Assembly (NCBI GenBank): GCA_010093995.1
Contig: ML992509.1
Coordinates: 728,178-792,177, forward strand
Origin: Elsinoe ampelina
Lineage: Eukaryota
DNA: 64,000 nucleotides
Direction: 5' to 3'
Below, piece after piece: positions 50,001 to 60,900 of this stretch (the first letter of the stretch is position 1; each line of letters begins with the position of its first letter). The notes under the pieces are model-generated. The model saw only the letters and a list, made by a program, of their open reading frames with translations. It did no database searches and was not told the origin of the DNA. A program made the translations under genes and the position numbers.

Positions 50001-51088
50001 GACGCAGCTCAGCATCTGGCAACAGAAACTCCTACTTTAGCGCTCGCGGCACACCAAGCCCTGGGGCTATCACTCCCATCGATAGTGCAGGGCCGGGAGA
50101 ACAGAAACGCAGAAGCATGGTGTGGCAACCCACTGTCCAGACAGACCAAAATGCACGTCAGTCCTTGACGCCGGAGCAATGGGTCCAGCATCGAGCATCG
50201 ATCGCATCACAACCAATGGCTTTGCGATCCACACCCAATCTGACTGGCGAGCGACGCAACTCAACCACGAAACGTCGCTCTTCAACAAACATCACTCCAC
50301 CACTCAGCCGACACACCTCTGGGGACTGGACAAATCATGCCCAAAGGACTTCTCCACAGCCTCCATCGCGACCCGGATCTCGTAACGCAGGACTGTATCT
50401 GCAATCCCAGAGCACGACCAACTTGCTCGAAAGCAATCAGTCCAAGAACCTGACTGCTCGAGAGCAGATGCACGTGTCGCGGGCTACTGGTGCGCCTTTG
50501 GTCGATCTCGAGAGGAAGGATCCCAAAAGAAAGGAGGTCGATCCCAATGCCGGGCTCTATGGTGCTCTCAACGCTCGTGAGAAGGAGAAGGCTGCAATCA
50601 AGAAAGGTTACAGCAGCACAACAATCCAGCAAGCCATCAACAATACTCAACATCAGCAGTATCAGAAACATCAGGAACAGCAATATAGATTGCAACAACA
50701 ATTCCAGATGCAACAGGCACATGCCATCCAGGCGGCCCAGGCGGCTCAATATCAAGCGCATATGCAGCAGCAGCAAGTCTATCAGAATGCTGTTCAGCAG
50801 CAATTGCAATATGGCCACCAGCAGCAGCAAAACCAGCAAATGCGGCCCGGCATGGGAAGTCAGAGATCTTCGATGATTCTCGATCAATATCAAGGTCAAG
50901 GTCAGGGTCAAGCGCAACCCGGAGCTTGGACCCAAGGCCCACAACAGCAACACTCTCAATATGCACAGTCTCAGTATGCTCCGACACAGTATGCACAAAC
51001 GAATAGAGGGTCGATCTATGGTGGATTAGCTCCGTCCATGTACGGCGGCTATGCTCCATCCACGCACACAAGACCTTCTCCTAGATAG
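47077..51088 (+). CDS. Skg3/Caf120-like PH-domain protein with a Gln-rich C-terminus
   Basis: Start MPRPRVLSF via intron 47093-47161. NKLYQEGYFLKL via intron 47531-47579. Motifs STAANNRYLLHF, WARVRFGAGTPW, DTFCLYGRP. Confidence 0.87.
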
Positions 51089-51390
51089 TTATGATGGATT
51101 AATGAATGAGGCGCGGCGGATGCCTACTACCCACGCGACTTCGTTACATGTGAATTACTCATGATTCTCCTCAAAGTGACTCCGCCTGCTTGATTCAACC
51201 ATGACTCGAGTGATGACGGGGATGTTCGGTACAACCGCCGTTACGCCAAGATTTCACGCGCGACCCACTTCACCTCATTGACATTCTCCACCCAAATTTT
51301 TCCCTCTCAAAGCCGCCCACCTCACACGACCACTCCGACCACTCCACCTCTTCTTGCACTCACCTATGCCCTCTCTCAAACCTCCCTAAC

Positions 51391-53524
51391 ATGGTTTCCC
51401 TCATCCTCCCAAAGACCAACATGCCACCCACCACCCCTCCCCCCTCCACCACCCGCCCCAAACACCTCAAGCGAGACAGCACCCACCTCGCCGCCCCCTC
51501 AGGCTCGCTGAGCCCCTCGAAACGCATGCGCGTCGCTTTCAACGACGACATTGACGTGCGCATACTGGATGAATGGACGCCGCGGCCGCAGGATCTGGTG
51601 CAGGAGGAGGTGCGCGCGGCTATCGATGGGCATTTGCGAGGGGCCAACAAGGGCGGGGACGATAGCGCTTATGAAGCGCTGAGAACGATTTTTGCTTCTG
51701 CGGCGGTGGGGGAGCAGAGAGGTGGGGGCGAGGAGGGGCAGAGGCAGGATGATCTGGAGAGGCCGAGTGGGGCGTTGTTGAAGCAGTATCTTGTTGCGTT
51801 GTTGAGGCGGGTGGGGGATTTGAAGGGGTGTGGGGGGTTGGTGTATGCCGTGTTGGACGTGAATTGGTTTGGGAGGGAGGAAGGGTTTGTGGCGCTGTAT
51901 ATGAAGTTCTTGGGGGCGCTGGGGAGTGTGGTGCCGGGGTTTTTGAGGGGGGTGATGGAGAAGACGGTGAGGCATTTTGTGAATTGTGAGTACTTTCGGA
52001 GGTTTCTACAGTCAGGGACGCTGATACATCGCAGTGCCGTCTTCGTACGGGAGGCTACCAGGTGAGCCGGTCGTGAGAAAGAGACAGATGCTGGCGAACT
52101 TGCACTCTGCACTCCGGTACTTGCTACAACTCATACCTTCGGCTGGCGACGCTCTCTCGGATGCTTTGAAGACGCAATTTCCAAATCACCGCATGACCGA
52201 TCTCAAGGAGTACCTCTCATACGTTCGACAGATCTTCAGAATAGCCTCTTACTCGCCAGAGCTGCAACCGGACATCCTCACGCTGGTCACGGAGCGGCTC
52301 ATCAAGATCGACGTTGAGATTCAAGAAGAGATTGAAGATCTGGATGAGGATATGGAAGAAGATCTCATGGATATAACGGAGAAGGCGGACAACTACTTCT
52401 TGGATGACGACACATCCGACTCTAGCGACGCAGAATCGGACGTCTCATCAGACCTGGAGGATACTGCGGAGGAGCGCCAGCTCAAGAGCTTGACAGATAA
52501 GACTGCAAAGCTGGATGCTGGTATGGACTTTCTTTTCCGACACTATGCCGCGACTTTTCGGCCGGACAACGCCACACACGACTTCGATGCTCTCCTCTCG
52601 CTCTTCACAACTTTCGTACTCCCGACATACCGCTCCCGACATGTACAATTTCTCATCTTCCACGTGGCGCAGCTGGATTCAGCCAAGTCTGCACGCTTCG
52701 TATCGAAACTCTTGTCCATCTTACAGACATCACCCGCCTCTTCTCCTGCCTCGACAATCTCCGCAGCATACCTGTCCTCCTTCGTCGCTCGCGGCGCTCG
52801 TCTCCCCAAACAACTCATCCGAGACGTCACCGCCTTCCTCATCGCGCGCATCACCACCCTCCGAGCCACCTACGACTCCACCTGCCGCGGCCCGGACATC
52901 GGCCGGTACCTCGCCTTCTACGCATCCGTCCAATCCCTCCTGTACATCTTCTGCTTCCGCTGGCGCGAGATCCTCTTCAACGTCTCCCCCACCTCCCCCA
53001 ACGCCATCCCCGACTCCGATCTCGACTGGAACCACACCCCGCACCACAACTGCGTCCCCGGCCTAAAAGAATGCCTCCACCTCTCCATCTTCTCCCAACT
53101 CAACCCCCTCAAGGTCTGCGCACAGCCTATAGTGAAGCAATTCGCGGCCATCTCCACGCACCTCAATTTCGTCTTCGTAGCGAGCCTGATGGAGACGAAC
53201 AAGAAGGTGCGGCTGAGCAGTTTCAGGACGTACGGGGGCAGTACACAGGGGACAGGGGCGGTTGCGAAGAGGGATAATGCGCTTATGGCCAAGGGAGGGG
53301 AGGGGCACCATCAGCTTGATGCGTTCTTTCCGTTTGATCCGTATAGGTTGCAGAGGAGCGAGAGGTGGTTGGAGGGGGATTATAATGAGTGGAGAGCGCC
53401 TGAGGGATTGGGGACGAGGAGGGCGGTGCGGAAGGCGCCTGAGACGGTAGTGGAGGAGAGTGAGGAGAGTGAGCAGGATGAGAGTGAGGGGGAGGACAGT
53501 GATGCGGGGAGCGAGAGCAGTTAG
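51391..53524 (+). CDS. RRN3: RNA polymerase I initiation factor Rrn3
   Basis: Motifs ERLIKIDVEIQ, KLDAGMDFLF, VLPTYRSRHVQF, AAYLSSFVARG, YIFCFRW, LNPLKVC, FFPFDPY. Intron 51986-52034. Confidence 0.95.
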
Positions 53525-53700
53525 GTGGGATCTTGGGGGTGAGGGTGATATTGCTGGTTGTAAATTATGGGTATATGGTGATGAATTATGAAGCCAATGA
53601 TCTTTGCTGTCGTGTTTCTCGTGTTTTTCGCTAAGTTCAGTCTTCCCTTCCGCCATCCATAGTCCTTGCATTGTCCGTCATGGCCGTTCATATCCTTCCT

Positions 53701-54141
53701 TTATTTCTTGCCCAGCCCCAATGGATCCTTCGCTGTCCCCGGTCTTGCTACCGGTTTTGTGGTCTTCACGTTCCCCTTCACCGCCGTAGTCGTCTTCTTC
53801 ACGGGCGGTAGTCCCTTGCTGCTCCCTGCCCCGCTCAACCCCAATGGGTTGCCAGCAGTCGCCACTCTTGGTCCGCCTGCTTTGGAAGCGTCTTTGATGT
53901 CGTTGCCGTAGCCTGAAACGCCTTGACCCCAGTAGCGGGTTTGGTTGGAGATGCTGCAGCGGGTTAGTAAAGTGTGACAAGCAAGTGAAGTTAAGAGAGG
54001 GAGAGGGAAGCCTTACTTGTCACCGATGCCTTTGCCCACGGTGTTGACCCCGTTGCCTACGCCTTGAATAGCACCGCCGACGTAATTGCCTGCGCCAGAG
54101 ACGTAGCCCTGGACTTTCTTGGAGATCCAATTGTCACCCAT
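53701..54141 (-). CDS. Small Gly-rich basic protein of unknown function
   Basis: MGDNWISKKVQGYVSGAGNYVGGAIQGVGNGV..., spliced via GTAAG..CAG intron 54016-53954 into ISNQTRYWG..NPLGL..DPLGLGKK. Confidence 0.7.
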
Positions 54142-54871
54142 GTTGAGTATGTTGTGGTAGATCTGGTGGTTGTACTTGAGGAGATCTGTAGTGTGGTCGT
54201 TTCGAAAGAAGCTAGTGGTAGATCGGAATGGGTTGTTTCTGAATCGATTCAGAGAAGAAAAGATTGGAAAGGGATTGCTAAGGTGGTTAAGGTGGCATGC
54301 TGCTGCAACCAGGTTTTGTGGGTATGAGGTCACTCTGCAGCTCTGCTTGTGGGGAAGGTGCGGACCCTGATGTTCCTTGCTGGCCAATCGGTGCGGTCCG
54401 TCGCTGGCGCAGACTTCGGGACTGAGATGCGCGCTAGGCTAAGGTAGACATTTGATATCTAGGAAAGAAGCTGTCGACAAAACCGAGACGAGCATCAACT
54501 GGGCTACCAAGGTACTCACCGGAACCGGGGACTGACTTCACTGGACTACCTACGGCGATACTACACGCGCGGCCAGATCGTGTGACACGTGAGAGACGAG
54601 AGCATGGGCCTCTTTCGTGTCACACATCCTCGATAGGAAGTGGTCTCAGTAGAGTTCATACCTCATAACAACATCAACAAGGCGGTGCTATCAGTCGCTC
54701 GATTGCTACTGGAAGTTTGTCGCAGTATCTGACAACCAGAGCTGCGTCGCTGTCGCCTCCAGACGCATCAGGCAAACGCAGTCATCCTTGTGCAACATTA
54801 CCGAACAAGGTTGATACGAACTCCACTCTCCACATGTCTTTACTTCTTTGAACCAGGCATTTACTTCAGCT

Positions 54872-57772
54872 ATGGATCCGTCTCATCTTGACCCGTTCTC
54901 TGCGGCTGGCTCGCGGACCAAACAGATCCAAGATGCAAAGGACATGCAGCACATCGTGCTCGAGCGAGCTAGTCGGGCCGGCACCACGGCACCACCGTAT
55001 GAGTTCCTCGAGCTAATCGGCAAAGGTTCGTTTGGTCGTGTGTATAAAGCGAGACACCGTGCCACACGAGAAATAGTGGCGATCAAGATCATCGACGTGG
55101 ATGAGCTTGATTACAAACTTGAGAACAATCTCAAGGACGAAGCTATCGAGGATTTTATCAAAGAAGTCAACACACTCAAGCAGGTCAAAGACAGCAATGC
55201 CAGGAACATCAACCACATCCGGGAGGCTTTTGACCTGCATTCGCAGCTATGGATTGTCAGCGACTATTGCTCCGGGGGAAGCGTGCACACTTTGATGAAG
55301 CCGAGCGATGAGCCGGGGCTTGAAGAGGAGTATATTATTCCAATCGCACGTGAACTTGCCATTGCTCTCAAGCATGTTCACGAAGCGGGAGTGATACATC
55401 GAGACATCAAGTGTGGCAATGTCCTTGTGTCCGAGGATGGCAACCTGCAGCTCTGCGACTTTGGTGTTGCGGCAGTCATCGAGAACGATGTCTCAAAGCG
55501 ATCTACCATCATTGGAACGCCTTACTGGATGGCACCGGAAATGCACGCTGATCTTGAACAAGGCTATGGACAGGAGATCGACTGCTGGGCTTACGGCTGC
55601 ACGTTATTCGAAATGGCCACCGGCATGCCGCCATACCACAACTTCCATCCATCCTATCTTCGCTCGGTGCTCAAGTCTGTACCGCGACTAGAAGGCGACA
55701 AGTATTCAGACGAACTGAAAGACTTTGTCGCTTTTTGCCTGCAGGAACGTCCGGAGGATCGGCCGAAGGCTGCACAGATCGTGGAGCACCCGTTCATTGC
55801 TGGTACCGAGGAAAGATATCCTACGTCAATGCTGCGAGATCTTATTGATAGATACATACAGTGGGAGCGGAAAGGTGGACAGCGAATGTCTCTTTTCAAT
55901 GCAATGGGTGCTGCAGCTCCTCAGCTCGGTTCAAGGAACGGTCCGGACGAGACATGGACCTTCAGCACTACTGACGACTTCGACAAGGGTTATGAACAAC
56001 GATATAGCCGAATGCTTGGCGGCATTGCATCCATGGATTTCGCTGAGAAGGATCCTCAAAGTCTTCCAGCAGAGATCGACCTGCCTACGGGACCGGTCAA
56101 GAAGCTCACTCCTCTGGAAGCCGCGAAGGAAGAACAAAAGGCACAGCGCGGAGAAAGATTTTTGGAGAGGCTTTTCGACCAAGATAAAGACTCGTACGAT
56201 TACGACAAAACCAAAATGGAGGATGAAGTGCAACCAATGTCCGACCTGCCCCTTCGAAACCTGTCGAGTGATCGATCGGCGAATCGAGAGACACTCATCG
56301 ATCTGGACACGTCTGGTCTTGATATGCCTCCGACCTTTAGCTTTGACTTCAGCGATATACCGACTCTGCGAGCGAACAGGAAAAGCAGCATGCCTCAAAT
56401 GGATGAGCTTGGGGACGAATACTACAGTCGAGACGGCCAAGCCATGAAACGGGCTACTAAAGACTGGAAGTTCCCATCATCCAACACCGGCGATGATCGA
56501 TTTTCCAAGCGAGCGACGAAGGATTGGAAGTTTCCGGCATTTGGGTCTGACGGAGAGGTGTCTAAGCGGGCGACGAAAGATTGGAAGTTCCCAACATTGG
56601 CCGCCGGAGACGACAATCATGACTTGAAACGTGTCACGAAGGATTGGAAATTTCCCATGGCAACTGACAATATACCTGAAGATCCGGGGAGTGCCAACAG
56701 GCGGACGATGGATTGGACATTTCCATCTTTCAATGCGGTCCCTGAGGCTGAGTCAGACCCAGAATACACATTGTCTTCACGACCGACCGATCCGGAGCCT
56801 TTCAGACCAAGTCTCCTCCGCACAGCTACAGAGCCAGTAACTACCGCGTCCGAGAATGATGGGCCTCGGCAGCTGTCTGTCGAAGCTGCGATCGCTGCAC
56901 AGCGAGAGTCGAAACCAATGATCGACCTGGACTTTGGCGAGGAGTACCAGCCAGCGGTCAATTTTGATGATCCTGTCAATCCTGCAGAGATCGTCCGCTC
57001 AACGACTCCCCTCAGTGCTACAGCATCTCTCCACTCACTAGACCCATTTGCGCTCGAATCAGAATACACATCGAAGCCTGAAAGTCTTAGGCGGTACAAT
57101 TCAAGACGACTTCAGGGGTCGGATGAGAGCGTCGTGGATAAGCGAATCACAAGAGCGCAGCAACCTCGACAATCGAGCTACGGCCAACACCTGACTCCAC
57201 GCACACGCAACGCATCCATCGACTCGACTGCATCCTCACTCGTGGATGAAGCGGCCGAAGCTTCCGCGTACGGCCGACAGTATAACCGCAGCATTGGAGT
57301 CAAGATGCGCGACCAACTTCGAGTAGGTCTTCAGCGATCGGCTTCCCAGGACCATCGACACTCGCGTAACCTGACGGACGAATCGTACGGAGATGCCGAC
57401 ACTGATGGCCCATACATGACGAATGGCAACCACGGTCACCGCGTAAACAAGAGCAACAACAGCGCATTGAGCTACGACACGGATAGCAGCCTACAAGATG
57501 AGCCAATGTTCGCACGCACCCCGACGACATTCCCACAGCTCAATGGACCACACCTAAGTAGCCTGATGGAAGGCGCCAATCAGGAGAAGCTACTGGAGGA
57601 GCTTGACAGACTCCTCGATACAGCAGAGCAGGCATTGGGCTACACGGGGAGTATCCTACGAAGACGGGAAATAGAGCTTGAGGGAGGTGATTTGGTTGAT
57701 AGCGCGACGGAGAGTGGTGGGCCGATCGACATGACCAGCGAAGAGGAGCGAGAGTTGGCGAGTTTCTCTTAG
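54872..57772 (+). CDS. STE20/GCK-family Ser/Thr kinase (Nak1/Kic1-like)
   Basis: Motifs IGKGSFG, VAIK, HRDIKCGN, LCDFGVA, GTPYWMAPE, followed by a long C-terminal regulatory tail. Confidence 0.93.
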   Translation: MDPSHLDPFSAAGSRTKQIQDAKDMQHIVLERASRAGTTAPPYEFLELIGKGSFGRVYKARHRATREIVAIKIIDVDELDYKLENNLKDEAIEDFIKEVNTLKQVKDSNARNINHIREAFDLHSQLWIVSDYCSGGSVHTLMKPSDEPGLEEEYIIPIARELAIALKHVHEAGVIHRDIKCGNVLVSEDGNLQLCDFGVAAVIENDVSKRSTIIGTPYWMAPEMHADLEQGYGQEIDCWAYGCTLFEMATGMPPYHNFHPSYLRSVLKSVPRLEGDKYSDELKDFVAFCLQERPEDRPKAAQIVEHPFIAGTEERYPTSMLRDLIDRYIQWERKGGQRMSLFNAMGAAAPQLGSRNGPDETWTFSTTDDFDKGYEQRYSRMLGGIASMDFAEKDPQSLPAEIDLPTGPVKKLTPLEAAKEEQKAQRGERFLERLFDQDKDSYDYDKTKMEDEVQPMSDLPLRNLSSDRSANRETLIDLDTSGLDMPPTFSFDFSDIPTLRANRKSSMPQMDELGDEYYSRDGQAMKRATKDWKFPSSNTGDDRFSKRATKDWKFPAFGSDGEVSKRATKDWKFPTLAAGDDNHDLKRVTKDWKFPMATDNIPEDPGSANRRTMDWTFPSFNAVPEAESDPEYTLSSRPTDPEPFRPSLLRTATEPVTTASENDGPRQLSVEAAIAAQRESKPMIDLDFGEEYQPAVNFDDPVNPAEIVRSTTPLSATASLHSLDPFALESEYTSKPESLRRYNSRRLQGSDESVVDKRITRAQQPRQSSYGQHLTPRTRNASIDSTASSLVDEAAEASAYGRQYNRSIGVKMRDQLRVGLQRSASQDHRHSRNLTDESYGDADTDGPYMTNGNHGHRVNKSNNSALSYDTDSSLQDEPMFARTPTTFPQLNGPHLSSLMEGANQEKLLEELDRLLDTAEQALGYTGSILRRREIELEGGDLVDSATESGGPIDMTSEEERELASFS

Positions 57773-57920
57773 GCGGGGTGTATCATACTTGCGGCGCATG
57801 GAAGGACTGGAGGGTCATGATATGCGATACCCGGACGATCAATGCGGCGTATATACTTGTAGTCTAAGATGAGAGAGAATGCATTGAGGTCATGAAATTT
57901 ATCCAGCTCGTAACGGAATC

Positions 57921-60900
57921 TGTCAACCGAGGTATAAGCTAGAGCGCCAAGAAGGACCCTGATTCAGTTCATCCCTTGGTGGAACTAAACACTTATCCAC
58001 TACTCTACCAATTCATAATTAAATTAGATAGTTATTGTCTTAATCTGTTGTTACTTAGGAGTTCTATTGATTTATCTATCTCTTAGTTTATTAGGTTAAG
58101 TATTTATGTAGTTATAATCTACCTTAGTTTAGTAGATTAGGCAGTAATTAATCCTTTTTCCTCCCCTATACAAGTTAACAGTTATAAGCCCGGTATAACT
58201 ACCCCTATACAAGCACATTACTTAGTTGCTTTCCTACTCTATTTATTAGTCAATTCTCTACTATCTTGCTTTTTAAGTATTAGAATCTATTAAGAACTGC
58301 CTTAACTATAACTATAGGATTTAGGTATTAATAAGGAGATAAATAACTATAGATACTAATACCTTAATAGCTAGAACACCTATTATTCTTACTACATTAG
58401 CTAAATAGGCTAGCTAGCTATATATTATTAAGACAAGAGCATTAAATACTAAGATATAGGACCTTATTAATCCCTAGAAGACTATTAAACTAGAAGGGCT
58501 CCCTAAGCCTTAAAGGCTAGAAGTAGTAAATGTTAACTTCTTAGCACTCTTCTAGATATATAAGAAGGAACAAGCATAGTATAATAAATAGCTTAAGGCC
58601 TTAGCAGATCTTATAAGCCTTATTTAGTTATTAATTACACTATAAGTTCTTACTATTATCTAACTAGAAGAGGATCCTTACCTATAGACTATTCTTCGAG
58701 CCTTAAAAAACAGATTTGCTCTATCTAATATAGCTATTTAGCTCGAGGTTAAGGCACTCTAGAGGAAGTAGCTATCTAGCTCTTCCTTATAGAATATAGA
58801 CTATTAGCTTTAGTAATAGAAAGAGGTTATAGACAAGGCTAGGAACTATAATCTACTAGAAGCTTAAGGCTTAAGGCTATAGAGAGACTTCTTACTTTCT
58901 ATCTTAAAAACTAAACTAGTATTTACTAATAAATACCTTATTAATCTAGATTTACTAACTCTACTAACTATGCTTAAACTAATTACTAAGTTTAGATAGT
59001 TTTATAAACTCTATAAGCTATATAGTACTATAAAGGCTAGTAAGGGGGCTACGGTCTTCCCTATAGCTACTAAGAATATTCTTTATAAGAAACCTAGTTC
59101 CCTTAGAGAGCCTAAATGTATATACTAAGGCCGGCATAAGTAAATTAAGTACTATTACTTAAATAAGTATCTAAGGCTAGAAGGATAGACACTAAACTAG
59201 TAGACTATAAAGGAGGTTAAATAAAGGCTAAATAATAAGACTCTTAAAGAGAGAATTAAGGCTTCTATTACTAAGGAAGTATAACATTAGAAGGGGTTAA
59301 CCCTACTAGTGTTAATTAACATAGCTATTACTATTAGATTACACTTAGTATTTATCTTAGCTACTACTAACATCTTAAGCTTATAGATACTAGATTCTAG
59401 AGTAACTAATTATATCTATAATTATACTATAAAGGACAGATATAAGGTTACTAGAATTATAGAACCTTATAAGAAGCTATTCTATAGTAATACCTTACTT
59501 AGTATTAAGAGTTAGAGAACTATTAATATTATAGCTCTTTATAAAGAAAAGCCTATAACTATCTATCTTATAAAGGTAGCCTATATACTATTAATTATAA
59601 CTAATCTAGTTAGCCTTAGGAGGTTTATTAATAGTAGAGTCTACTAGAATACTTAAACTATAGAGATTAGCTATAAAGGAAAAGTACTCTTCTTAGTTAT
59701 ACTAAAGCATAACTAATATATTCTTAAGGATAACTCTAAAGCTCCTAATGTTACTACTATAGTATTAAGAGATAATAATAATTGTCTACTATTAGTATTT
59801 ACTATAGTTACTACAAGGACTAATTAATCTTAGTATAAAGTTATAGGCTATCTAAGTCTAGAGTCTGTTAATTACCTTCTAACTACTATAGTTAGTAGTA
59901 AACTAACTCTAACTAAGCCTAGTTTAGCTTAACTAATTTATCTTAGGTCTCTATATTAGACTTGTAAGCTATTAAATACTTAGTAGATTATATTAAGGAG
60001 TCTTAACAATAAACTTGCTATATTAAAGCTATTTAAGAGAACTACCTTTAATATTATTATTAACAGATTTACTAGCTATAATAAGGTAAGATATATAAGC
60101 TACTTTACTTATAGAACTACTAACTATTAACTAGTTACTACCTATACTTATAGATATAAGATTAATAAAAATCTGCATTAAGATAATTACTTATATTAAA
60201 AGCAATCTTAGCTTTAAAATTAGATTCCTTAGGAGTAACAATAAGAGGGCCTTTAGCCTTAAATTTACTATCTTTCTAGATAGTAAAGAAATCTATTATA
60301 AGCTATCTACTCTCTATACTTAAGCTTAGAATAGTTATAATAAAAGGATAGGAGCTATACTATTAAGAAGAGTAAGGGCAATTACTATCTTTACTAATCT
60401 ACTAAGGGAATTATACTCTAAACTATATAGATTAGTAGCCTATCTAATTAATAGAACACCTCTTAAGAAGCTAGACTAGAAGACTCCCTTTAAGCTAGTT
60501 TATAGATACCCTCTATTAGTTGCTTATCTTAGGCTACTTAGATATAAAGCTTATACTTTAGATAAGCTAATTATAAATAGTAACAAGCTTACACTAAGAG
60601 CTTACATTAGCTATCTAGTTAGCTATAACTTAACTAACATCTTTAGGATCTTTATACTAGCCTCTAAGAAGGTTATTAGAATAAGAGATGTTAGATTTAA
60701 TAAAACTTAGTTCTATAAGCTAGAGGAATAACCTTAGCTAAAACTAATTAGATTACTTAATCTACTAAGGCTTCTATAGGAGGTTAATAAATCTAAAGAG
60801 GTACATAAAGTAGAGGGAATAACTAAACTAAATCTAGTCTAGAATCTAGTTTAGTATCTAGTTTAGAATCTAGTTTAGAATCTAGTTTAGTAGCCGAACT

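Noticed and set aside
60832..60891. Tandem repeats read as a CRISPR-like array
   Set aside because: No spacers and a eukaryotic retroelement context.
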